Source: an uncultured Alphaproteobacteria bacterium
GTDB lineage: Bacteria; Pseudomonadota; Alphaproteobacteria; JAPOUT01; G958296285
Direction: 5' to 3'
Assembly: GCA_958296285.1 (NCBI GenBank)
Contig: OY282459.1
Location: 258,367 to 322,366, forward strand
DNA length: 64,000 nucleotides
Of this stretch, positions 40,145 through 48,912 are shown piece after piece. Each line of letters starts with the position of its first letter. Positions within the stretch are counted from its first letter, which is position 1. Under the pieces are notes generated by a model. The model did no database searches and was not told the origin of the DNA. It saw nothing but the letters and a program-made list of their open reading frames with translations. Both the position numbers and the translations under genes were made by a program.

Positions 40145-41194
40145 TTAGTCTTTTGTTCCCGCCATGGCGGCGAGATTCTCCCGCAGCGATTGGAGGGCGG
40201 GCGGGAGCGCGCTTTCAAAGGAGAGGCGCTGTTTGGTTTTGGGATGGGTGAAATTTAGGCTTTGGGCGTGGAGGGCGTGGCGTCCCAGCTTTCGCGCCAG
40301 AGAGCCGAGAGGCGGCGCGGCGTTTTTTGGGAGTCCTCCATAGAGCGGATCGCCGAAGACCGGGCAGCGCAGATGCGCCAAATGGACGCGAATCTGATGG
40401 GTGCGTCCTGTCTCCGGCTGGCAGAGAAGGAGGCTCGCCCCGTTAAGGCTCGCCTCGCTTTTGCCGTAGCGCTCCAAGAGGCGATAGCGCGTGATGGCGG
40501 GGCGCGCGCGGGGGTCGGTCTTTTTGAGAACTGCCATTTTATGACGCTGGGTTTTGTGTCTGCCGATCGCCTCTTTGATGATTCCCGTCTCGGGGCGGGG
40601 CGCGTTCCAGACGAAGGCGAGGTAGGTTTTTTGGACGCTTGGTTTCGCGCCGTGGTTGGCGAATTGGCGTATCAGCGAGAGATAGGCGGCTTGGCTTTTG
40701 GCGGCGACCATGACGCCGCTTGTGTCTTTATCCAGCCGATGGACGATGGCGGGGCGCGTGGGGTTTCCTGGCAGCGCGGCGTGGATGCCGCAATGGGCGA
40801 GGATCGCGTGGGCGAGCGTGTTTTCTTTATGGCTTGGCGCGGGGTGGGTGATCAGTCCGGCGGGTTTGTTGAGGATGAGGATGTCTTCGTCTTCAAAGAG
40901 GATTTTGAGGGGGATTTTTTTTGGCGTGAGGGTTGCGGGTTTTGGGGTTGGGAGGGTGAGGGTGAGGGCTTGGGGTTTGTCGCCGCGCGTGTTTGGGGCG
41001 AGGGGTTTTGCGTTGGGGTTTTTGGGGTTTTCGGGGTTTTTGAGGCGGCCTTCTTTGATCCATTGTTGGACGGTGTTTCGGGAGACGTTGATGCCTATGG
41101 CGAGGAGTTTTTGGGTAAGGATGGTGTCCAGCCTTGTATTTTTGGGGCTGTTTTGGGTTTTGATGGTGATTTTTTGTGGGGGTTGCGTGGTCAT
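40145..41194 (-). CDS. rluD: 23S rRNA pseudouridine synthase RluD-family (S4 + RluA catalytic domain)
   Basis: S4 domain (RLDTILTQKLL...). Catalytic HRLDKDTSGVMVAAKS. Lys/Pro/Thr/Asn-rich insertion after the S4 domain. rluD-rpoH adjacency is conserved. Confidence 0.85.
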   Translation of the reverse strand: MTTQPPQKITIKTQNSPKNTRLDTILTQKLLAIGINVSRNTVQQWIKEGRLKNPENPKNPNAKPLAPNTRGDKPQALTLTLPTPKPATLTPKKIPLKILFEDEDILILNKPAGLITHPAPSHKENTLAHAILAHCGIHAALPGNPTRPAIVHRLDKDTSGVMVAAKSQAAYLSLIRQFANHGAKPSVQKTYLAFVWNAPRPETGIIKEAIGRHKTQRHKMAVLKKTDPRARPAITRYRLLERYGKSEASLNGASLLLCQPETGRTHQIRVHLAHLRCPVFGDPLYGGLPKNAAPPLGSLARKLGRHALHAQSLNFTHPKTKQRLSFESALPPALQSLRENLAAMAGTKD

Positions 41195-41337
41195 GGTGTT
41201 TAGGATTTTATCATGGATTTATGTTTAGGCGGGTTTGGGTTCTTTTGGTTTTGGTAGTCGTGATGGGGGTTATTCTTGTCGCGGGTTTTGTTGTTGTGGT
41301 TGTGGAGATTGTGTCGCGGGCTTGGGCGCTGTGGAGT

Positions 41338-41730
41338 TAAGAAAGGGGGGTGTGGGGGGCGAAGCCCCCCGCGAAGAAGGGGGGATCGGGGGGAATCCCC
41401 CCCGAAAGCGCGTGGGTGGGGTGGGGAAAAAGCATTTGCGAGTGAAGCAACGCGAAACGAGCAAATGCGACCCACCCACGCGCCCCCTGCTAGAAGAGCT
41501 CTTGTAAGCAGGGGGGTCGGCGGGCTTTCTCGCAGGCTCGCGCTACGCGCTTCGCCTGCTTCGTTTCGCCACGCCCGCCGACCGCAGCGGGCTTCGCCCG
41601 CTTGGTTTTTTTGGGGGGCTAGCCCCCCAAACCCCCCTTCACCTTCAGCTTCTATGCCCTAGTTCCCCTGCGGCAAATCCAAAATGCCTATCCATGCAAA
41701 AAATGCCCGCGGCGGCTCGCCGCCGCGCTC
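41338..41730. repeat. palindromic repeat element, copy 7 (reverse; extended variant with the ~90-bp module at its right end)
   Basis: Core 41338-41648, then the inverted GGCATTTTGGATTTGCC...GCCGCCGCG module to ~41730. Immediately upstream of tRNA-Glu. Confidence 0.85.
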
Positions 41731-41776
41731 CCTTGATTCCCAAACCTAACCCCCCTATAAACCCCAAACACGTCCC

Positions 41777-41851
41777 GTCCCCTTCGTCTAGCGGTCTAGG
41801 ACGCCGCCCTCTCACGGCGGAAACAGGGGTTCGAGTCCCCTAGGGGACGCC
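41777..41851 (+). tRNA. tRNA-Glu (anticodon CUC)
   Basis: GTCCCCTTCGTCTAGCGGTCTAGGACGCCGCCCTCTCACGGCGGAAACAGGGGTTCGAGTCCCCTAGGGGACGCCA. Near-identical architecture to E. coli tRNA-Glu; anticodon loop CTCTCAC. Confidence 0.85.
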
Positions 41852-41890
41852 ACCAACACAGAAACCCAACCCATCCCATACGCCCCCCTT

Positions 41891-43774
41891 ATCCTCACAA
41901 TAAGCCTCGCCTTCGCCGCGAGCGCCGCCAACGCCAAATCCACCCCCCCCCTCGCGCCCCTCACGCCCGACCCCCTCATCATCCAAGCCACGCTCTCGCC
42001 CCAATCCCTCCGAAAAATAGGGAGCGCCATCACAATCCTGACAAAAGACGAGCTCCAAAAATCCGGCGCCGTCTTCCTGATAGACGCCCTCCAAACCGCG
42101 CCCGGCATCACCATCTCGCAATCAGGACCGCCCGGAACCCTCGCCAGCGTCCGAATGCGCGGCGGCGAAGCCGACCACACCCTCATCCTCCTAGACGGCA
42201 TGGAACTGAACAGCCCAACAGGCGGCTACGACTTCGCCCACCTCCTCGTCAGCGAAATAAACCGCGTGGAAATCATCCCAGGACCCCAAAGCGTCGCGCA
42301 TGGCGGCGGCGGATTGGCAGGAACCATCAGCCTCTCCACCAGCGACGACGCGCCCATCAGCGCCGACTCCCCCGCCATCCAAAGCGCGTCCGCCGCCGCC
42401 GAAGGCGGATCGTTCGGCTCCGTCCTCATCCGCGCTGCCGCCGCCCTAAAAAATCACACAAGCCGCGCCCGCCTCGCCGCCGCTTTCTACGCCTCCGACA
42501 ATGTGGATATCTCGCCCAATGACGGCAGAAAAGAGCGGGACGGATACCAAAATCTCACCCTCCACGCGCTCTACGCCCACAAAATGGGCGGCGTCCTCTT
42601 CCAAGCCGCCGCGCGCCACGCGCAAGCGAAAGGCGACTATGACGGAACCGCCAACGGAATCCCGAACGATCGCCTCGGCGGCGACAGCGAATATGAACTC
42701 CGCTCCACCGCGCTTCGCGCCCAACTCCGCCGCGACAATCACGCCCTCGCCGTCTCCTACCTCCACAGACGCGACAAAAATCAAGACGGGATGATCCGCG
42801 ACATCACGCTGAATAAAGTCGCGCGCGCGACCATCACGGCGCAATCATCATGGCGCATGAGGCGGGGAGATTTGTCGCTCCGCGCCGGATGGGAGCTGGA
42901 AGAATTTCAGCAAACCCATAACCAAAATCGGCGGGAGCAAACCACGCGCAGCTTCATCGCCGCCGAGCAAAGCCTCGCCTTCCGAAACGCGCTCTTCACG
43001 ACCCTCGGACTCCGATATGACAGAAACAGCGACTTCGCCTCGTCTTTGACTTGGCGCGCGACCGCGGCATGGCAAATCCCCGTCTTTATGCCGCTCCGCC
43101 TCCGCGCCGCATACGGAACGGCCGTCCAAAATCCCAGCCTCTACGATCTCTACGGCTTTAATCCTTCGCGCTTCGCCTTCACGCCAAACCCCAATCTGCA
43201 GCCGGAAAAGGCGCGAGGCTTTGAAATCGGGGCGGATTTTCTGCCCTCGCCTTTCTCCGCCATCGGCGTCAGCTATTTTGAAACGAGACTGGAAAAGGAA
43301 ATCACCTTCAACCCGCGAAGAGAAGGCCCGACCGTCGCCAACGCGACAGGCGGCAGCGAAAGGCGAGGCGCGGAGGCGAGCCTCTCATGGAACATGCTCT
43401 CCAGCCTCGCCCTCCAAGCGCGATACAGTTTCACATCATCCAAACAGCCCAATGGCGCGCAGGAACTCCGCCGCCCCAGACACCAAATCCAAGCCTCCGC
43501 CACATGGTCGCCCTTAAAACGTCTCCGCCTCCATGTGGGCGCGGCTTATGTCTCCAAACAGAGGGATCGCGTCTTTCTGTCAGAGCCGCCCTTCGCCCGC
43601 GATGTCATCCTTGACGGCTACGCGCTTCTGCGCGCGAAAATCGCCTGCAGTTTCGGCGCGAAGACGGTGGTCTATCTGCGCGCCGAAAATCTCTTGGACG
43701 AATCCTATCAGCATGTCGCCGGCTACGCGACTCGCGGCATCGGCGTCTTCGCCGGCGTGGAGCGGCGCTTTTAG
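41891..43774 (+). CDS. TonB-dependent outer-membrane receptor (no canonical ATG/GTG/TTG start in frame; possible non-canonical start or incipient pseudogene)
   Basis: In-frame translation from 41891 gives signal-like ILTISLAFAASAANA and a plug domain (...ILTKDELQKSGAVFLIDALQTAPGITISQSGPPGTLASVRMRGGEADHTLILLDGMELNSP). C-terminus ends ...VERRF with a terminal aromatic residue (beta-barrel). The six-frame track starts only at M42155, inside the plug. Confidence 0.65.
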   Translation: MLTISLAFAASAANAKSTPPLAPLTPDPLIIQATLSPQSLRKIGSAITILTKDELQKSGAVFLIDALQTAPGITISQSGPPGTLASVRMRGGEADHTLILLDGMELNSPTGGYDFAHLLVSEINRVEIIPGPQSVAHGGGGLAGTISLSTSDDAPISADSPAIQSASAAAEGGSFGSVLIRAAAALKNHTSRARLAAAFYASDNVDISPNDGRKERDGYQNLTLHALYAHKMGGVLFQAAARHAQAKGDYDGTANGIPNDRLGGDSEYELRSTALRAQLRRDNHALAVSYLHRRDKNQDGMIRDITLNKVARATITAQSSWRMRRGDLSLRAGWELEEFQQTHNQNRREQTTRSFIAAEQSLAFRNALFTTLGLRYDRNSDFASSLTWRATAAWQIPVFMPLRLRAAYGTAVQNPSLYDLYGFNPSRFAFTPNPNLQPEKARGFEIGADFLPSPFSAIGVSYFETRLEKEITFNPRREGPTVANATGGSERRGAEASLSWNMLSSLALQARYSFTSSKQPNGAQELRRPRHQIQASATWSPLKRLRLHVGAAYVSKQRDRVFLSEPPFARDVILDGYALLRAKIACSFGAKTVVYLRAENLLDESYQHVAGYATRGIGVFAGVERRF

Positions 43775-43791
43775 CGTTTGGACGAGGGCGG

Positions 43792-46503
43792 TCAGGAGGC
43801 GGAAGAAGCGGGGGCTTGGCGGAGCGCGACAGTCTCGCGCTTGCGAACCCACGCCAAAATGGCGGGCAGCACGATAAGCGCCGAGATGAGCGTGAATCCC
43901 ATCGCGATGGTCAGCGTATAGCCGATGCTCGCCAAACCCTCATGGGGCGAGAGCATCATGCTGCCGAAACTGGCGAGGGTGGAAAGATTCGCCAACGAGA
44001 TGGCGAGAGGAGTCGTGGATCCCATCACGGCGCGCAGATTCTCTTCGCTCTTGGCGCGCGTCAGCATGTGAATTCCGTTATCCACGCCCAGCCCCAGCAT
44101 CAGCGGCAGAACCAAAATATTCCCGAAATTCAGAGAAATCCCCAAAGCCACGCAGCTCGCCAGCGTGAAGGAGGCGGCGATCAGAATCGGCAGCAGCGCC
44201 AAGACCACATTCCGCATCCCCCGAAGAAGAACGAAAAGCAAAGCCCCAATGACGCAAAAAGCGATCAGCGAGGCGAGGCGAAAAGCGTGAACCGTGATCT
44301 CGCCCACCGCATATTCCGCGACAGGAAGCCCAATCGCCGAAGGCTCCAGCGCCCGCGCCTCCTCAATGAAGCGCGGCGCGAAGCGCATGTCCGACAGATC
44401 GCCCTTCGGATAAAGAACCATCCGAATGCGGCCGTCCGCCGCTTGAACCTGCCTCTTGATTGTCGGCGGCAGATCGTCAAAGACGAAAGGCTGGGCGCTG
44501 AGCGACAGGCGCAGCCGCTTCATTTGGCGCGGCACATCGCGCATCAGCCGCGCGCTCAAATCGCGGAGCGCCGCGCCGGCGTTCTCCCGCGCCAAGAAGC
44601 GCGCCAGAGACTGACCGAGCGCCCGCCTCGCCTCGCCTTCGGGCTTCGCCTCTTCAAGCGTCTGATAAAGGGCGCGGGCGGAGGAGAGAAACCCTTCCGC
44701 CCCGGGCTTCTCTTCCCGCCTTTCTTCCGGGGGCGGGAGAAAAGTCGCCGCGTCTTCTAAAATCGCCGCCTTCAGCGGCTGATCCTCAGGCACATAGACC
44801 CGATGGGTCTCCACTTTCCGCACAGTCGGCAGCGCCTCCAAGAGGGGGGCTTTGGCGTCCGCCGCCGCTTTGTCCCGCGCCAAGACCGAAATGGTGTAGT
44901 CGTTATAGAGACCGCGGCGGCGGAGCTCTTTGAGGAAAATCACCGATTCGGAGCGCGGATCTTTGACGCTGAGCGCGCTGTGATCAAACTCCACATTCAG
45001 CGCCGCCGGGAGAGCCGCGAGAGCCAGCAGCACGGCCCCTGCCGACAAAGTTCGGCAGTGGCGGCGAATCTTCTCATAAAAAAACCGCCCCCAAGAGACG
45101 GCGCGCGAAGCGCCCCGCGGCGAAAAAGCCGGCGGCGGCAGCAAAGAGAAAAGCGCCGGCAGCATCGTCAAAGCCGAGAGGAGCGCCAAACACAAGCCGC
45201 CTCCGGCAATGACGCCCAAATCGGCAAGCCCGGCGAAAGGCGTCGGGATGAAGGAGAGAAAGCCCACCGCCGAAGTGATCGCGCAAAGCGCCACCGCCGA
45301 TCCCGCGCCGCGCGCGGCGCGGCGGCACGCTTCCGCCGTCTCCTCTTCGGGCAGACGCCGGCGCTCCTCCATGAAGCGCAGCGTGATGTGAATCGCGAAA
45401 GCCACGCCGATCCCCATATAAAGAATCACGAAAGCCGCCGAGATCATGTTGATCTCTTGAACGGCGATCGCCGCGAAGCCCACGCACCAGCAGAGACCCA
45501 AAGCCAAAGAGATTAAAATGCAGAGAGTCGCCAAAAGAGATCCTGTGCCGATCGTCAAAAGGAGAAAGAGCGCCGCGCTGGAAAGAAGAGAGGCGATCTC
45601 CACGCTTCTTCCAATGCTTTCCATCTGCTCATGATCCAAGACCTCGCGCCCCGTGAGCCCCACTCTTATGCCATCGGGCGCGCTCTCGGTCGCGCGGGCG
45701 AGATGGCGCAGGAAGCGGATAGGCTCTTGGGCTGCCAGAATCTTGGAATAATCCATGCGGGGCTGCGCCAAGATGACCCTTATCGGATCTTCGCCCGCCG
45801 CCTCTCCCACCGACCATTCGGGAAAGGCGTCTCCCCACAATTCCGGCGAAGGCGAGGCGGCGGCAGGGGCGGGGGCGGCGGGGCGTCTTGACGCGGGGCG
45901 TCTTGACGCGGGGTCGGGGGGGGTCAGAATTTGAGCGAGGCGCGCCATGACCAAAGAAAAAGTCGGAGGAAGTTCGGCTCTTCCGGCTTTTTCGGCTTCC
46001 AGAGCTTTTCGGATCAGATCAAAAAGATTGACGAGATTGGCGCCCCGCGACAATTCCGCCAAAGCCGGCTGCGCCTCCGCCAAGCGCGAGGCGAAACGCT
46101 CAACCTCCTCCGCCGTCAGATAGAGAAGCCCGTTCTTTTGGAAAAAAGGCTCGGCTTGCGGATAAAAAAGACCATGAAAAAGATCGCCGCGCTCTCGCGC
46201 CGCCTCAAAGATCGTCTCGGCGGCTCTCTCGGCTTTGAGCGCGCTGGGCGCGGTCACGACGATCAAAATCGTATGGGCTTGCTCTGGAAAAGCGCTGTCA
46301 ATGTCGGCGACCAATTTCTGAAAAGGCGCGTCCTGCGACACCAAATCGCCCTGTCTGCCATTCACCGGAAGATGATGCCAGCCGTAAAAAAGACTGCCCG
46401 CCGCGGCGAGCGCGCCGAGGGCTAGAGTGAGAAACGGTTTCTTAAAACAAAAAAGCGCCAGATTCGCCAGAATGTCAGGATATTTATCTTGCAGGCGGCG
46501 CAT
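43792..46503 (-). CDS. RND-superfamily MMPL/HpnN-like lipid exporter
   Basis: ~900 aa with two 6-TM bundles, each preceded by a large periplasmic loop. N-terminus resembles hopanoid-associated HpnN transporters. Contains in-frame (ASRRP)2 from the 15-bp tandem repeat. Confidence 0.75.
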   Translation of the reverse strand: MRRLQDKYPDILANLALFCFKKPFLTLALGALAAAGSLFYGWHHLPVNGRQGDLVSQDAPFQKLVADIDSAFPEQAHTILIVVTAPSALKAERAAETIFEAARERGDLFHGLFYPQAEPFFQKNGLLYLTAEEVERFASRLAEAQPALAELSRGANLVNLFDLIRKALEAEKAGRAELPPTFSLVMARLAQILTPPDPASRRPASRRPAAPAPAAASPSPELWGDAFPEWSVGEAAGEDPIRVILAQPRMDYSKILAAQEPIRFLRHLARATESAPDGIRVGLTGREVLDHEQMESIGRSVEIASLLSSAALFLLLTIGTGSLLATLCILISLALGLCWCVGFAAIAVQEINMISAAFVILYMGIGVAFAIHITLRFMEERRRLPEEETAEACRRAARGAGSAVALCAITSAVGFLSFIPTPFAGLADLGVIAGGGLCLALLSALTMLPALFSLLPPPAFSPRGASRAVSWGRFFYEKIRRHCRTLSAGAVLLALAALPAALNVEFDHSALSVKDPRSESVIFLKELRRRGLYNDYTISVLARDKAAADAKAPLLEALPTVRKVETHRVYVPEDQPLKAAILEDAATFLPPPEERREEKPGAEGFLSSARALYQTLEEAKPEGEARRALGQSLARFLARENAGAALRDLSARLMRDVPRQMKRLRLSLSAQPFVFDDLPPTIKRQVQAADGRIRMVLYPKGDLSDMRFAPRFIEEARALEPSAIGLPVAEYAVGEITVHAFRLASLIAFCVIGALLFVLLRGMRNVVLALLPILIAASFTLASCVALGISLNFGNILVLPLMLGLGVDNGIHMLTRAKSEENLRAVMGSTTPLAISLANLSTLASFGSMMLSPHEGLASIGYTLTIAMGFTLISALIVLPAILAWVRKRETVALRQAPASSAS

Positions 46504-46604
46504 GACTGTCTTATGCCTTAAGCCTTGTGTCTTGGGTGGGAGGAGAAGCCGCTGGGGAGCGTCCGCCGCCTTGAGAGAAAGAGGGGAGACAGGGGAACTG
46601 TTCC

Positions 46605-47357
46605 ATGCGCCACAGCGATAGCAGATCGGCGAGTTTTTGCCAAGACGCGAAAACCTTTCTCGCCGCCTTCCCTCTTTTGGCGCTCATCCTCTTTGCCGCC
46701 GCCCCCCAAAAAACCGCCGCCGCCCAAAAAACCGCCGCCCCCGCCGCCGCGACCCGTCTGACTCCTGAAGCGGTGATCGCGCGGCTTGATCGCGACGTCA
46801 TTCTTCCGATGAGCCGCCTCGCCGAAGAGAGCGAAGGCGAGGAGAGGCAGGCGAAATTCCTAAAACTTTTGGATTCGGTTTTTGATCTGGAGCGCATCAC
46901 AGTGGCGAGCATCGGACACAGCCATTGGCGCGCATGGACGCCAGAGCAGCGCGCCGCCTATCGCCAAGCCTTCCGCGATTATATGATCGTCATCTATCTG
47001 GATCGCTTCCGCGCCTATACCGGGAGCGGGCTGAAAATCGTCAAATCCACGATAGAAGGCAAGCGCGCCCTCGTGCAGACCCGATTGGTCGTGCCGAATG
47101 AAGAGAATCCCCTCGTCTCCTTCCTGTTGAGACATGGCAAGGCGGGCTGGAAGATCGTGGATGTCTATTTTGACGGCGCGATCAGCGAAGTGGCGGGGCT
47201 TCGCGCGCAGTTCAGCAAAGCGCTGGACAAGCAAGGCTATGAAGGCTTGCTCCAAGAGATGGCGAAGCTGAAAGAGCGTCTTTTGTCAGAAGAGCGAGAG
47301 GGGCGAGAGGGGCGAGAGGGGCAAAAGGGACAAGAGGGACGGCAGAAGAAAAATTAG
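46605..47357 (+). CDS. MlaC/Ttg2D-family periplasmic lipid-binding protein (HpnM-like)
   Basis: Signal peptide. MlaC-family core (...HWRAWTPEQRAAYRQAFRDYMIVIYLDRFRAYTG...). Divergent from the HpnN-like gene. C-terminal (EGR)n tail from 9-bp DNA repeats at 47290-47345. Confidence 0.7.
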   Translation: MRHSDSRSASFCQDAKTFLAAFPLLALILFAAAPQKTAAAQKTAAPAAATRLTPEAVIARLDRDVILPMSRLAEESEGEERQAKFLKLLDSVFDLERITVASIGHSHWRAWTPEQRAAYRQAFRDYMIVIYLDRFRAYTGSGLKIVKSTIEGKRALVQTRLVVPNEENPLVSFLLRHGKAGWKIVDVYFDGAISEVAGLRAQFSKALDKQGYEGLLQEMAKLKERLLSEEREGREGREGQKGQEGRQKKN

Positions 47358-48214
47358 GCGGAAGAGGCGCGAAACGCGCCGACGCTCGCCAAGAAAGATC
47401 CGTTGCGCCACCCTCTTGACGGCGCGTAGCGCAGAGGCTCGCCATTCTGATCCACGACATGCCCGCCCGCCGCTTCCAAAAGCGCCTGTCCGGCGGCGGT
47501 GTCCCATGCCATGCTGGGGGTCTGGCGCGGATAAATCTGCGCTTCGCCGCAGGCGAGCATGGCGAATTTGATAGCCGAGCCGGATCGCAAGATTCGTTTG
47601 GACTGGTAGCGCCGTTTTTGAGATTCCGCGTAAGCCGGCTCAGCGCCTCTGGAAAGGGCGAGGACGGGGCTGGCCGTCTTGCGCGGATGGAGGCGGCGAA
47701 GACCCCCGCCCCCGCCCCCGCCGCCGCCCGCGCCCCTCGCGCCGCCCGCGCCGCCGCCGCGCTCTTCATAAGCCCCGCCATGCAGAGATCCCCAAAAGAG
47801 ACGCCGCTTGGCAGGCGCGTAAAGAACGCCGCATAGAGCGCGATCATTTTCCACATAGGCGATATTGACGGTGAACTCGCCGTTTTTCTTCAGAAACTCC
47901 CTCGTGCCGTCCAGCGGATCCACCAAAAAAAATCGCCTTCGCGCCAAAGGCAGACGCCCCGCCTCCGCCGCCTCTTCGGAAATCGCCGGAATGGAAGGGC
48001 AGAGTTTCGCCAATTCGCGCAAGATATAGCGCTCGGCCAGGGCGTCGGCGGCGGTGACGGGGCTGGCGTCCCTCTTCAGCCGCGCGGCAGAGACGTCCCG
48101 CCCATAGTGGCGCATGATAATATGCCCGGCATGGCGCGCGATTCGTCTCATCTCTTCGCAGAGGGCGAGGCGCTGCGGCGTCCGCATCTCACGAGCCTTT
48201 CGGAAAGGGGGCAT
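47354..48214 (-). CDS. cysQ: 3'(2'),5'-bisphosphate nucleotidase CysQ / inositol monophosphatase family
   Basis: IMPase metal-binding motifs (EEAAEAG..., VDPLDGTREF, WDTAAGQAL). Contains a poly-Gly insertion (GGGAGGARGAGGGGGGGGG). The start is probably an internal Met (MRTPQ). Confidence 0.75.
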   Translation of the reverse strand: MPPFRKAREMRTPQRLALCEEMRRIARHAGHIIMRHYGRDVSAARLKRDASPVTAADALAERYILRELAKLCPSIPAISEEAAEAGRLPLARRRFFLVDPLDGTREFLKKNGEFTVNIAYVENDRALCGVLYAPAKRRLFWGSLHGGAYEERGGGAGGARGAGGGGGGGGGLRRLHPRKTASPVLALSRGAEPAYAESQKRRYQSKRILRSGSAIKFAMLACGEAQIYPRQTPSMAWDTAAGQALLEAAGGHVVDQNGEPLRYAPSRGWRNGSFLASVGAFRASSA

Positions 48215-48857
48215 GATGGCGAAGAGCGAAAGGAGGCGGGATTCCCTCTCTGTTCCGGCGCGTCTTTTGGGCGCGTGGCTCTGCCATGAACTGGCCGCCC
48301 CTTTGACGGCTCTGGGGCAGGGCTTGGAACTTCTCCCTCAAAGTTCCGCCAAAGAGCGGGAGGAGATTCTCCGCCTTCTCCAAGAAGGAAGCGCCGCGCT
48401 TGACGCCAGATTTCGGGCGCTGCAGCGCCTCTTCGCCGTCTCGCCGCCTGACGAGACGGAGGGGGGCTTTTCGGATAGCCTTGTCGCGCTTGCCGCCTCC
48501 CATAAGATCGCTCTTCGCTGCGAGGGCGTGGAGAATCTGCCTGTTCGTCATCGCGGAATCCTCGCTTTTTTGGCTTTCGCCGCCCTGTCGGGCTTGAAGC
48601 CGCCATCGTCTCTTAAAATCTCCTGCGTGAAAAGCGCGAAGAGCTGGCGCGTCCAAGCCTCCGCTTCGGGCTGCGAAAGGAAGCGCGTTTCCGCCTCGCG
48701 GCGCTTTTTTGAGAAGCCGTCTCCGCCGCCCTCATCGCTCTCGCCGTCTGACGCGCCTCTTTATCTTCTTGGCGAGAAAGCCAGATTGGAGGGCGCGCCT
48801 CTCCGCCTCCTCCATGAGGGCGGCGTCTCGGCGTTTTTGATAGAGATTCCTCTTTAG
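48213..48857 (+). CDS. chpT: histidine phosphotransferase ChpT
   Basis: ChpT signature LLGAWLCHELAAPLTALGQGLELL (LxxRLCHDLxxPxxAIxNGLELL). Convergent with ctrA as in Caulobacter and relatives. The start is taken at MMAKSE to avoid overlap with cysQ. Confidence 0.6.
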   Translation: MMAKSERRRDSLSVPARLLGAWLCHELAAPLTALGQGLELLPQSSAKEREEILRLLQEGSAALDARFRALQRLFAVSPPDETEGGFSDSLVALAASHKIALRCEGVENLPVRHRGILAFLAFAALSGLKPPSSLKISCVKSAKSWRVQASASGCERKRVSASRRFFEKPSPPPSSLSPSDAPLYLLGEKARLEGAPLRLLHEGGVSAFLIEIPL

Positions 48858-48912
48858 TTTTTATTTTTGATTTTTGATTTTTGTTTTTTGGGCGCGGATT
48901 TTATTTTTTATT

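Noticed and set aside
48818-48857. Hairpin CCGCCTC-N6-GAGGGCGG followed by T-run as chpT terminator
   Set aside because: It lies inside the chpT coding sequence, before the stop. It is possibly part of the terminator structure described in the CtrA/T-tract finding, but not callable on its own.
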